A stretch of 64,000 nt of DNA. Origin: Bacillus subtilis subsp. subtilis str. 168. GTDB taxonomy: Bacteria > Bacillota > Bacilli > Bacillales > Bacillaceae. A program made the position numbers and the translations under genes. Location: positions 1,178,001-1,242,000 of the forward strand of contig NC_000964.3 of NCBI RefSeq assembly GCF_000009045.1. Direction: 5' to 3'. How positions within the stretch are numbered: position 1 is the first letter of the stretch; the number at the start of each line of letters is the position of its first letter. Of this stretch, positions 8,037 through 18,090 are shown piece by piece. The notes beneath the pieces were generated by a model. It made no database searches and had not been told where the DNA came from. It worked only from the letters and a program-made list of their open reading frames with translations.

Positions 8037-9653
8037 TTGCGCAACTTGACCAAGACATCTCTATTACTGGCCGGCTTATGCACAGCGGCCCAAATGGTTT
8101 TTGTAACACATGCCTCAGCTGAAGAAAGCATCGAATACGACCATACGTATCAAACCCCTTCATACATCATCGAAAAGTCACCGCAGAAGCCGGTACAAAA
8201 CACAACCCAGAAAGAATCGCTATTTTCCTATCTTGACAAGCATCAAACGCAGTTTAAGCTCAAAGGGAATGCGAACAGCCATTTTCGCGTTTCGAAAACC
8301 ATAAAGGATCCAAAGACAAAACAAACGTTTTTTAAATTAACGGAGGTTTACAAAGGAATTCCGATTTACGGCTTTGAACAAGCGGTCGCGATGAAGGAAA
8401 ACAAACAAGTGAAAAGTTTCTTTGGAAAGGTGCATCCGCAAATCAAGGACGTCTCCGTCACACCGTCTATTTCTGAGAAAAAAGCAATACATACAGCAAG
8501 GCGTGAGCTCGAGGCTTCCATTGGAAAAATCGAATATCTTGATGGGGAACCAAAAGGCGAATTATATATCTATCCACACGACGGTGAATATGATCTCGCC
8601 TACCTTGTGAGACTCTCGACATCTGAACCTGAGCCTGGCTATTGGCATTATTTCATCGATGCCAAAAACGGAAAGGTCATCGAGTCCTTTAATGCCATTC
8701 ATGAAGCGGCAGGTACAGGAATCGGCGTGTCAGGTGATGAAAAAAGCTTTGACGTCACAGAACAAAATGGGCGCTTTTATTTGGCTGACGAAACAAGGGG
8801 AAAAGGGATCAATACATTTGACGCGAAGAACCTGAACGAAACCTTGTTTACGCTTTTGTCTCAACTGATCGGGTATACGGGCAAAGAAATAGTCAGCGGC
8901 ACGTCCGTATTTAATGAACCTGCGGCTGTAGACGCACACGCAAATGCGCAAGCCGTTTACGATTATTACAGCAAGACATTTGGCCGTGATTCTTTTGATC
9001 AAAACGGAGCAAGGATTACGTCTACCGTGCATGTCGGCAAACAATGGAACAATGCTGCGTGGAACGGTGTCCAGATGGTATACGGGGATGGAGACGGTTC
9101 GAAATTTAAGCCGCTGTCTGGATCGCTCGACATTGTCGCGCATGAAATCACACACGCAGTCACACAGTATTCCGCCGGTCTTTTATATCAAGGAGAACCC
9201 GGTGCATTAAATGAGTCCATTTCTGACATTATGGGCGCGATGGCTGACCGTGATGATTGGGAGATCGGCGAAGATGTCTATACTCCTGGTATTGCAGGAG
9301 ATTCATTGCGGTCATTGGAGGACCCATCTAAGCAGGGAAATCCAGATCATTACTCGAACCGCTACACAGGAACAGAGGATTATGGCGGAGTCCATATCAA
9401 TTCGTCCATTCACAATAAAGCAGCTTATCTTCTTGCAGAAGGAGGCGTGCACCACGGTGTACAGGTTGAAGGGATTGGGCGTGAAGCAAGTGAACAAATT
9501 TACTATCGGGCTTTAACATATTATGTAACGGCATCTACAGATTTCAGCATGATGAAGCAAGCGGCGATTGAAGCTGCCAATGATTTATACGGTGAAGGCT
9601 CGAAGCAATCAGCTTCAGTCGAAAAGGCGTATGAGGCTGTCGGCATTCTATGA
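8037..9653 (+). CDS. nprB: Extracellular neutral metalloprotease B (M4/thermolysin family preproenzyme)
   Basis: 538 aa; signal + FTP/PepSY propeptide; NNAAWNG, HEITH, GALNESISD, GGVHINS. Confidence 0.97.
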   Translation: MRNLTKTSLLLAGLCTAAQMVFVTHASAEESIEYDHTYQTPSYIIEKSPQKPVQNTTQKESLFSYLDKHQTQFKLKGNANSHFRVSKTIKDPKTKQTFFKLTEVYKGIPIYGFEQAVAMKENKQVKSFFGKVHPQIKDVSVTPSISEKKAIHTARRELEASIGKIEYLDGEPKGELYIYPHDGEYDLAYLVRLSTSEPEPGYWHYFIDAKNGKVIESFNAIHEAAGTGIGVSGDEKSFDVTEQNGRFYLADETRGKGINTFDAKNLNETLFTLLSQLIGYTGKEIVSGTSVFNEPAAVDAHANAQAVYDYYSKTFGRDSFDQNGARITSTVHVGKQWNNAAWNGVQMVYGDGDGSKFKPLSGSLDIVAHEITHAVTQYSAGLLYQGEPGALNESISDIMGAMADRDDWEIGEDVYTPGIAGDSLRSLEDPSKQGNPDHYSNRYTGTEDYGGVHINSSIHNKAAYLLAEGGVHHGVQVEGIGREASEQIYYRALTYYVTASTDFSMMKQAAIEAANDLYGEGSKQSASVEKAYEAVGIL

Positions 9654-9701
9654 GCAAACAAAAACAGTCAGGACACAGAGTCTGACTGTTTTTGTTTGCT
9701 C
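9652..9701. terminator. Bidirectional terminator nprB / yitS
   Basis: GAGCAAACAAAAACAGTCAG...CTGACTGTTTTTGTTTGCTC. Confidence 0.8.
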
Positions 9702-10551
9702 ATTTTCTTAAAAAGAATATCGCCAATGTACCTGGACCGGCATGCGAGCCGATGGCTGAACTGATTGGATGCATAATGATTTCTTTCGGCTTGAACGCTT
9801 CCTCAATCAGGTGTTTCATATCCGTGGCTTTTTCTTTGTTCGCGGCGTAGCTAATCCCGACGGTTTGATTGCTCCAATCATCCCCGCGCTCTTTCATAAG
9901 CTCGATGATCCGTTTGAAAAGTTTCTTCTGTCCGCGAATTTTTTCCAGAGGCACAAGCTTGCCGTCCTCCATCTGAAGCAGCGGTTTAATATTCAACAGG
10001 CCGCCGACAAAAGCGGACGTTTTGGATATCCGGCCGCCCCTCGCGAGATATGTTAAATCATCAACGGTAAAAATGTGTTCAAGCTGGCTGCAAAAGTTCT
10101 TTACAGACGTTTCAATTTCTTGTATTGTATTCCCGTTGATACAGAGATCGGCAGCATGCCGGACAGCCAGACCGTATCCTAATGAAGCGCATTTGGAATC
10201 AATGACCCGCAAATCGAAATCGGGGAATTCCTCCTTCACTTCATTGGCGATCATTACAGCTGTCTGATACGTGCCGGAGAGACCTGAGGAAAAGGCAATG
10301 TAAAGAGCGGGATCACCTGTTTCGGCATATTGCAAAAACACATTTTTAATCGTTTGCGGTGAGGCTTGGGACGTCTTAGGCGTTTCTCCATTTTGCATCG
10401 CTTCAAATATTTGATCCGCATGAATTGTGACTGCATCTTCGAATTCTTTATCGCCGAGAGAAACCCTGAGCGGAATAAAGCCAATGCCTTTTTCTTCAAA
10501 ATAAGAACGAGGCAAATCAGTGGCGCTGTCAGCGATGAGATGAACTGTCAT
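9700..10551 (-). CDS. yitS: DegV-family fatty-acid-binding protein (283 aa)
   Basis: Start ATG 10551 (SD GAAGGGA); [28 protein letters not shown]. Confidence 0.92.
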
Positions 10552-10629
10552 ATTGCTTCCCTTCTTTCCGTTATCGCTCGTTATCATGAGAGTTAAGCCA
10601 ACTATATCATATTAATTTGCCAAAATCGT

Positions 10630-10654
10630 GTTCAAATATTTGTTTTAAGGGAAA
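10630..10654 (+). promoter_or_regulatory. sigma-B-type promoter for yitT
   Basis: GTTCAA-N13-GGGAAA. Confidence 0.6.
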
Positions 10655-10688
10655 ACATAATAAAGAAGAAAGAGCGGAGGAACATGCC

Positions 10689-11531
10689 ATGGTACTAGAT
10701 CAAACAAAAAAATTACTCATCGTCATCATCGGCGCTTTACTCAATGCTGCCGGGCTGAACTTATTTTTGATACCTGCAGATGTATATGCCAGCGGATTTA
10801 CAGGTGTTGCCCAGCTTTTATCAAGCGTCGTTGATCAATATGCCCCCTTTTACATATCGACGGGAACGCTCTTGTTCCTCTTAAACATTCCGGTCGGTAT
10901 TTTAGGATGGCTGAAGGTCGGCAAATCGTTTACAGTGTACAGCATTTTAAGTGTCGCACTCACTACTCTGTTTATGGGGATCCTGCCGGAAACAAGCCTG
11001 TCACATGACATTTTGCTGAACGCGGTGTTCGGCGGCGTCATTTCCGCAGTCGGTATCGGCTTAACATTAAAATACGGAGCTTCGACAGGCGGGCTTGATA
11101 TCGTCGCCATGGTACTTGCAAAGTGGAAGGATAAACCCGTCGGCACGTATTTCTTCATTCTGAACGGGATTATCATCTTGACGGCAGGATTATTGCAAGG
11201 TTGGGAGAAAGCATTATATACCCTGGTTACACTATATGTGACAACGAGGGTGATCGACGCCATTCACACTCGCCACATGAAGCTTACGGCAATGATTGTG
11301 ACGAAAAAAGCGGACGAAATCAAGGAAGCCATTTACGGAAAAATGGTGCGCGGCATCACAACTGTTCCGGCAAAAGGAGCATTTACGAACGAACAGAAAG
11401 AAATGATGATTATCGTCATCACGAGGTATGAACTGTACGATTTAGAAAAGATCGTCAAAGAAGTTGATCCAAAAGCATTTACGAACATCGTTCAAACGAC
11501 AGGGATTTTTGGTTTCTTTAGAAAAGACTGA
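10689..11531 (+). CDS. yitT: YitT-family membrane protein (DUF161 + DUF2179), 280 aa
   Basis: Start ATG 10689 after GCGGAGG; GFTGVAQ, STGGLDI; C-terminal DPKAF domain. Confidence 0.92.
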   Translation: MVLDQTKKLLIVIIGALLNAAGLNLFLIPADVYASGFTGVAQLLSSVVDQYAPFYISTGTLLFLLNIPVGILGWLKVGKSFTVYSILSVALTTLFMGILPETSLSHDILLNAVFGGVISAVGIGLTLKYGASTGGLDIVAMVLAKWKDKPVGTYFFILNGIIILTAGLLQGWEKALYTLVTLYVTTRVIDAIHTRHMKLTAMIVTKKADEIKEAIYGKMVRGITTVPAKGAFTNEQKEMMIIVITRYELYDLEKIVKEVDPKAFTNIVQTTGIFGFFRKD

Positions 11532-11549
11532 CGAAAGCAGGTGGAAGTC

Positions 11550-12005
11550 GTGAAACGGCTGCTTGTGATGCTCCTCCCCGTGCTGCTTTTGATAGGCTGC
11601 GGGAAAGATGAGCAGACAGAACCCGATAAGGAGGTATCAGGCGGAATGGAGAATCAAGAGGTTGTTTTATCTATTGACGCAATTCAGGAGCCTGAACAAA
11701 TCAAGTTTAACATGTCGCTGAAGAACCAAAGCGAACGTGCTATTGAGTTTCAATTCAGCACAGGGCAAAAATTTGAACTTGTCGTGTATGATTCTGAGCA
11801 CAAAGAAAGATACCGTTATTCGAAAGAAAAAATGTTTACGCAGGCTTTTCAAAACCTGACGCTTGAATCTGGAGAAACATATGATTTCTCTGATGTGTGG
11901 AAGGAAGTCCCTGAGCCCGGAACCTATGAGGTAAAGGTGACATTTAAGGGCAGGGCGGAAAATCTCAAGCAGGTTCAGGCTGTTCAGCAGTTTGAAGTCA
12001 AATAA
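11550..12005 (+). CDS. ipi: BsuPI proteinase inhibitor; long form with lipoprotein signal (GTG 11550, 151 aa) and short form (ATG 11646, 119 aa)
   Basis: [25 protein letters not shown] BsuPI motifs; both starts have an SD; lipobox LIGC at codons 14-17. Confidence 0.85.
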
Positions 12006-12006
12006 G

Positions 12007-12038
12007 AGGCTATGGCGAGTCGCCATAGCCTTTTTTTA
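12007..12038. terminator. Bidirectional terminator ipi / yizC
   Basis: AGGCTATGGCG-AGT-CGCCATAGCCTTTTTTT. Confidence 0.8.
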
Positions 12039-12233
12039 TTGCAGTTTGTCCAGCTGATTTTGAAATTGATGCAACTGTTGACGTTCCGCATCTGTCGAAT
12101 TGGCATACGCAGAAGATACAGCATTTTTGGCTCTCAGAATCGCTTGCTCCTGATCGCCTTCCTCAAAGCCGTTTGTCACCATGACCGCCTGTTGAACAAA
12201 TGATTTTGCCTGCTGAAACAGTTCATTTCTCAT
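12036..12233 (-). CDS. yizC: Small helical protein (DUF3813-like)
   Basis: 65 aa; AKNAVSSAYANST..ERQQLHQFQ; SD GAAAGG lies inside the upstream smORF. Confidence 0.8.
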   Translation of the reverse strand: MRNELFQQAKSFVQQAVMVTNGFEEGDQEQAILRAKNAVSSAYANSTDAERQQLHQFQNQLDKLQ

Positions 12234-12386
12234 TTAATATTCATACTGCCTTTCAGCCGAGTCTCGTGCCGCGGCATGCTGGTGAGCTTCTTCTAAAGTA
12301 GACCGATATGGAAATCTTGCGGCGTGTAGCCCGATGGAGTCTTTACCCTGCTGAATAAACCTTCTGGATTTGCTTCGTTTACCCAT
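12234..12386 (-). CDS. 50-aa small ORF absent from the ORF track, coupled to yizC
   Basis: MGKRSKSRRFIQQGKDSIGLHAARFPYRSTLEEAHQHAAARDSAERQYEY*; SD GGAAGGGGG at 12397-12405; TAA abuts the yizC ATG. Confidence 0.65.
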   Translation of the reverse strand: MGKRSKSRRFIQQGKDSIGLHAARFPYRSTLEEAHQHAAARDSAERQYEY

Positions 12387-12433
12387 TTTGAGACTGCCCC
12401 CTTCCATACTTTGACGAGATGAGTCGTCTTCAA

Positions 12434-12463
12434 TAGTATGGTGGGGTAAAGTAAGGTTTATGA
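12434..12463 (-). promoter_or_regulatory. Sporulation-sigma-type promoter (sigG-like) upstream of smORF-yizC
   Basis: Minus strand TCATA-N18-CATACTA. Confidence 0.5.
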
Positions 12464-12489
12464 GTGGGAAAAATTAATACGGACCTTCT

Positions 12490-13302
12490 TTAAAGTGAGA
12501 AATATTCTTTCAAAAACCTTGCCACGCCGTCCTCTTCATTTGTGGCCGTAGTTCGGTTGGCAATCTGCTTGACCGCGTCAATTCCATTTCCCATTGCAAC
12601 GCCGCAGCCTGCAAATTCAAGCATTTCCAAATCGTTATCCTCATCTCCAAAAGCAATGATCCGCTCCCTCGGCACGCCGTAATAATCGCTGATTTTCTGC
12701 AGGCCGACCGCTTTATTCATGCCGCTTTTGATAATTTCAATGACATGCCAAGGAGCGGCCCATCTTCTATGGTCGATCACCTCGGCATGCACATCCGATA
12801 AATATGAGCGTATTGCCGGCACATCCTCTTCCTTTGCATGTATGAGTACGGACGTCACATCTTCACCGAGATTTTCCCGCAAGTCTCCGACCGTTACATT
12901 TGTTGTGTTCATGTTAAAGGCATCTATCAGGTGCTCATCATGGTAATGAAAGTATACGTCGTCAATCACTTCAGCAAGCACGTTATGTACGTTGTAGCTC
13001 TCGCTGATATCCACGAGCTGTTTGACAACATCAAGCGGCAGTGACGTATGATACCGTCCCCAGCTGTCGTCTTGCGGATGATGGACAAATGCTCCGTTAA
13101 AATTGACAATTGGCGTTGTCAGCTCCATCTGCTGGTAGTACATGGAACTTGAACGATACGGACGGCCTGTTGAGATGCAGACATAATGCCCGTCATCTTT
13201 TAGGCGCTGTATCGTATGAAGGGTGTTTTCAGATATGGTTTTATCATCCTTTAATAATGTTCCATCTAAATCTAATGCGATTAAATAGGGTTTTGTCTCC
13301 AT
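12490..13302 (-). CDS. yitU: Cof-type HAD-superfamily phosphatase
   Basis: 270 aa; DLDGTLL, STGRP, KAVG, FGDEDND. Confidence 0.93.
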   Translation of the reverse strand: METKPYLIALDLDGTLLKDDKTISENTLHTIQRLKDDGHYVCISTGRPYRSSSMYYQQMELTTPIVNFNGAFVHHPQDDSWGRYHTSLPLDVVKQLVDISESYNVHNVLAEVIDDVYFHYHDEHLIDAFNMNTTNVTVGDLRENLGEDVTSVLIHAKEEDVPAIRSYLSDVHAEVIDHRRWAAPWHVIEIIKSGMNKAVGLQKISDYYGVPRERIIAFGDEDNDLEMLEFAGCGVAMGNGIDAVKQIANRTTATNEEDGVARFLKEYFSL

Positions 13303-13422
13303 GAAAAGCTCCTTTAACCTTAGATTTTGCTTGTTTTGCCTTACTTACAGTGTAGCTTTTTACCATCTTTATTGTCTACATGTTACACTTATGATTATGG
13401 TTATCCTAAGGAGGGGCACATT

Positions 13423-14190
13423 GTGATACAAATTGAGAATCAAACCGTTTCCGGTATTCCGTTTTTACATATTGTAAAGGAAGAGAACAGGCACCGCGCT
13501 GTTCCTCTCGTGATCTTTATACATGGTTTTACAAGCGCGAAGGAACACAACCTTCATATTGCTTATCTGCTTGCGGAGAAGGGTTTTAGAGCCGTTCTGC
13601 CGGAGGCTTTGCACCATGGGGAACGGGGAGAAGAAATGGCTGTTGAAGAGCTGGCGGGGCATTTTTGGGATATCGTCCTCAACGAGATTGAAGAGATCGG
13701 CGTACTTAAAAACCATTTTGAAAAAGAGGGCCTGATAGACGGCGGCCGCATCGGTCTCGCAGGCACGTCAATGGGCGGCATCACAACGCTTGGCGCTTTG
13801 ACTGCATATGATTGGATAAAAGCCGGCGTCAGCCTGATGGGAAGCCCGAATTACGTGGAGCTGTTTCAGCAGCAGATTGACCATATTCAATCTCAGGGCA
13901 TTGAAATCGATGTGCCGGAAGAGAAGGTACAGCAGCTGATGAAACGTCTCGAGTTGCGGGATCTCAGCCTTCAGCCGGAGAAACTGCAACAGCGCCCGCT
14001 TTTATTTTGGCACGGCGCAAAAGATAAAGTTGTGCCTTACGCGCCGACCCGGAAATTTTATGACACGATTAAATCCCATTACAGCGAGCAGCCGGAACGC
14101 CTGCAATTTATCGGAGATGAAAACGCTGACCATAAAGTCCCGCGGGCAGCTGTGTTAAAAACGATTGAATGGTTTGAAACGTACTTATAA
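13423..14190 (+). CDS. yitV: Alpha/beta-hydrolase (putative esterase), 255 aa
   Basis: GTG 13423 after AAGGAGGGG; HGF, GTSMGG elbow, HG..D..VP, C-terminal His. Confidence 0.9.
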   Translation: MIQIENQTVSGIPFLHIVKEENRHRAVPLVIFIHGFTSAKEHNLHIAYLLAEKGFRAVLPEALHHGERGEEMAVEELAGHFWDIVLNEIEEIGVLKNHFEKEGLIDGGRIGLAGTSMGGITTLGALTAYDWIKAGVSLMGSPNYVELFQQQIDHIQSQGIEIDVPEEKVQQLMKRLELRDLSLQPEKLQQRPLLFWHGAKDKVVPYAPTRKFYDTIKSHYSEQPERLQFIGDENADHKVPRAAVLKTIEWFETYL

Positions 14191-14253
14191 AGCACTAAGT
14201 TATTAACAAGAGCTGAATTTACGTTATACTGTAGAAAAAAGGAGTGAGGGAAC

Positions 14254-14562
14254 GTGGAAGAAGCATTAAAAGAAAACATCATGGGCGCCCTGGAACAGGT
14301 TGTCGATCCTGAGCTTGGCGTTGATATCGTGAACCTCGGCTTGGTATATGACGTTGATATGGATGAAGATGGCTTGACGCACATCACCATGACGCTAACA
14401 TCAATGGGATGCCCTTTAGCGCCGATTATCGTGGATGAGGTGAAAAAAGCATTAGCGGACCTTCCTGAAGTGAAAGACACAGAGGTTCACATTGTATGGA
14501 ATCCGCCTTGGACTAGGGATAAAATGTCCAGATACGCAAAAATTGCGCTTGGCATTCAATAA
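14254..14562 (+). CDS. yitW: DUF59/SufT-family Fe-S cluster assembly factor
   Basis: 102 aa; DPELGVDIVNLGLVY, TSMGCP, NPPW. Confidence 0.93.
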   Translation: MEEALKENIMGALEQVVDPELGVDIVNLGLVYDVDMDEDGLTHITMTLTSMGCPLAPIIVDEVKKALADLPEVKDTEVHIVWNPPWTRDKMSRYAKIALGIQ

Positions 14563-14565
14563 AAC

Positions 14566-14603
14566 AAAAAAGGACAGCCTGACATGTGAGGCTGTCCTTT
14601 TTT
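14566..14603 (+). terminator. Intrinsic terminator after yitW
   Basis: AAAAAAGGACAGCCT-N6-AGGCTGTCCTTTTTT. Confidence 0.8.
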
Positions 14604-14626
14604 ACAGCTGAAAGGAGTGAAAGGAA

Positions 14627-14797
14627 ATGATGTACCTGCTGGCAGTTTTATGCCCGCCGCTTGCTGTTTTGTTTTCGGGAAAACCGTTTCAGGCCTTGCT
14701 GAATCTCATATTGACCTGTATCTTTTGGCTGCCGGGCGCGATTCACGCCTGCTTTATCGTCGCCGACCGCCGTGCCGAAAAACGGGCAAGAAGATAA
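14627..14797 (+). CDS. 56-aa Pmp3/YqaE (UPF0057)-family membrane proteolipid, absent from the ORF track
   Basis: MMYLLAVLCPPLAVLFSGKPFQALLNLILTCIFWLPGAIHACFIVADRRAEKRARR*; SD AAAGGAGTG, 7-nt spacer; PPLAV...WLPGAIHA signature. Confidence 0.85.
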   Translation: MMYLLAVLCPPLAVLFSGKPFQALLNLILTCIFWLPGAIHACFIVADRRAEKRARR

Positions 14798-16287
<1,490 letters not shown>

Positions 16288-16288
<1 letters not shown>

Positions 16289-16827
16289 TGGGGAAAAACA
16301 AATTAAAATGGCTGACATTATCACAAAGCAGCGTGTTTTTCGCAAGCAGCTTAATCTTTCCGTTTTATATTCTGTTTGTGAAAAATATCGGCTCAAGCTA
16401 CACACAGTTCGGTTTTTCCTACGGATTGTTCGGGTTGAGCGGAGCGCTTATTTACCCGCTCCTCGGACGGCTGTCTGAAAGGTTTGACAGCCGTTATTTT
16501 CTGCTTCTGAACTCGTGGGGGATGGCTGTTCTGCTTTTATATGTCCCGCATATCGGAAGCGTCGTTCAAGTGTATATCGTCCAAGTGCTGTTAGGGCTCT
16601 TTGGAGCGATGCAAAAGCATGGAGAAAAAGTGCTGATCGCTAATTTTACAGACAGTGGAGAGCGTGGAAAGAAGATCGGGAATTACCATTTTTGGACAGC
16701 TGTCTTTTCAGCAGCAGCCATTATGCTCGGGGGCTTTCTCGCTGACTTTTTCACAGTGCAAATGATTTTTTATGCAAGCTCTATTCTATATTTTTTGAGT
16801 GGATTGATGATGATGAAAACAGGCTGA
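16288..16827 (+). CDS. yitZ: Half-size (6-TM) major facilitator superfamily protein
   Basis: 179 aa; TAATG overlap with yitY; MFS motif A GRLSERFDSR; ends after TM6. Confidence 0.75.
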
Positions 16828-16847
16828 CGCGGTCAGCCTGTTTTTTT
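16816..16847 (+). terminator. Intrinsic terminator overlapping the yitZ stop
   Basis: AAAACAGGCTGAC-GCG-GTCAGCCTGTTTTTTT. Confidence 0.85.
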
Positions 16848-16940
16848 ATGCGGCTGAAATGCGGCACCGCATCAACGTTTTTGTGCTGGAGTCGTGCTGA
16901 TTTTTTTTGAGCGGAATTCCCATTGAACAGAAAATTTATA

Positions 16941-16994
16941 AATGAATAAAAATATTAAATATACGATTGAATTAATTTTTATTCATGTTATAAT
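16941..16994 (+). promoter_or_regulatory. argC sigma-A promoter with overlapping AhrC (ARG) boxes
   Basis: AATGAATAAAAATATTAA and AATTAATTTTTATTCATG; -35 TTGAAT 16967-72, extended -10 TGTTATAAT 16986-94. Confidence 0.8.
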
Positions 16995-17033
16995 GTTAAA
17001 TAATTTCACAAAGACCAAGAGGGTGAACTTGTT

Positions 17034-18071
17034 TTGAAAATAGGAATTGTAGGTGCTACAGGATATGGAGGCACCGAACTTGTCAGGATTCTTTCGCATC
17101 ATCCTCATGCAGAGGAATGCATACTTTATTCATCCAGCGGAGAAGGGAATGTCTATAGCGAGGGTTATCCTCATCTTACCGGCTTAGCGGATCAGCAGCT
17201 GAAGCCGATTGATATGAATACGATCAAACACGAAATAGATATCATGTTTCTCGCTGCGCCGCCCGGAGTATCAAGTGAATTGACTCCAAAGCTGGCAGAC
17301 GCGGGAATTACGGTTATTGATCTGTCAGGTGATCTGAGGATAAAAGAACCGGCTGAATATGAAAAATGGTATAAACGGACAGCGGCACCGAAGGCGGTGA
17401 TTCAAGAGGCGGTATACGGTCTGGCAGAACTGAATCAACTGCAAATTCAACAGGCGAAACTCATTGCCAATCCAGGCTGTTTTCCAACAGCTGTTTTGCT
17501 TGGCCTCGCGCCATTGGCTCAAAAGAAACTGCTCGATGAATCTTTCGTTATCGTTGACGCGAAGACCGGTGTTTCCGGAGCGGGAAGAAAAGCATCCATG
17601 GGAACTCATTTTTCTGAGCTGAACGACAATTTTAAAATTTATAAAGTCAATGAACATCAGCACACGCCGGAAATTGAGCAGGCGCTGAATGAATGGCAGC
17701 CAGGTCTCGGGCCCATTACATTTTCGGCTCACTTGGTTCCGATGACAAGGGGCATCATGGCGACGATGTATACCAGATTAACCTGTGACCTAACCGCAGA
17801 TGACCTGCATGATTTATATTCGGAATTTTACCAAGATTCATATTTTGTGAGAGTGAGGCCAAAAGGTCAGTACCCGCAAACGAAAGAAGTGTACGGCAGC
17901 AATTTCTGTGATATCGCCGTGACCCTCGATGAGAGAACGAACAGAGTCACGATCGTCTCGGTAATCGATAATTTAATGAAGGGTGCCGCCGGTCAGGCAG
18001 TGCAAAACTTTAATTTGATGAATGGCTGGAATGAAGAAACTGGACTCACCATCACGCCAATTTATCCATAG
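17034..18071 (+). CDS. argC: N-acetyl-gamma-glutamyl-phosphate reductase
   Basis: 345 aa; [20 protein letters not shown]. Confidence 0.97.
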   Translation: MKIGIVGATGYGGTELVRILSHHPHAEECILYSSSGEGNVYSEGYPHLTGLADQQLKPIDMNTIKHEIDIMFLAAPPGVSSELTPKLADAGITVIDLSGDLRIKEPAEYEKWYKRTAAPKAVIQEAVYGLAELNQLQIQQAKLIANPGCFPTAVLLGLAPLAQKKLLDESFVIVDAKTGVSGAGRKASMGTHFSELNDNFKIYKVNEHQHTPEIEQALNEWQPGLGPITFSAHLVPMTRGIMATMYTRLTCDLTADDLHDLYSEFYQDSYFVRVRPKGQYPQTKEVYGSNFCDIAVTLDERTNRVTIVSVIDNLMKGAAGQAVQNFNLMNGWNEETGLTITPIYP

Positions 18072-18090
18072 AACGGGAGAGAATCGAACC

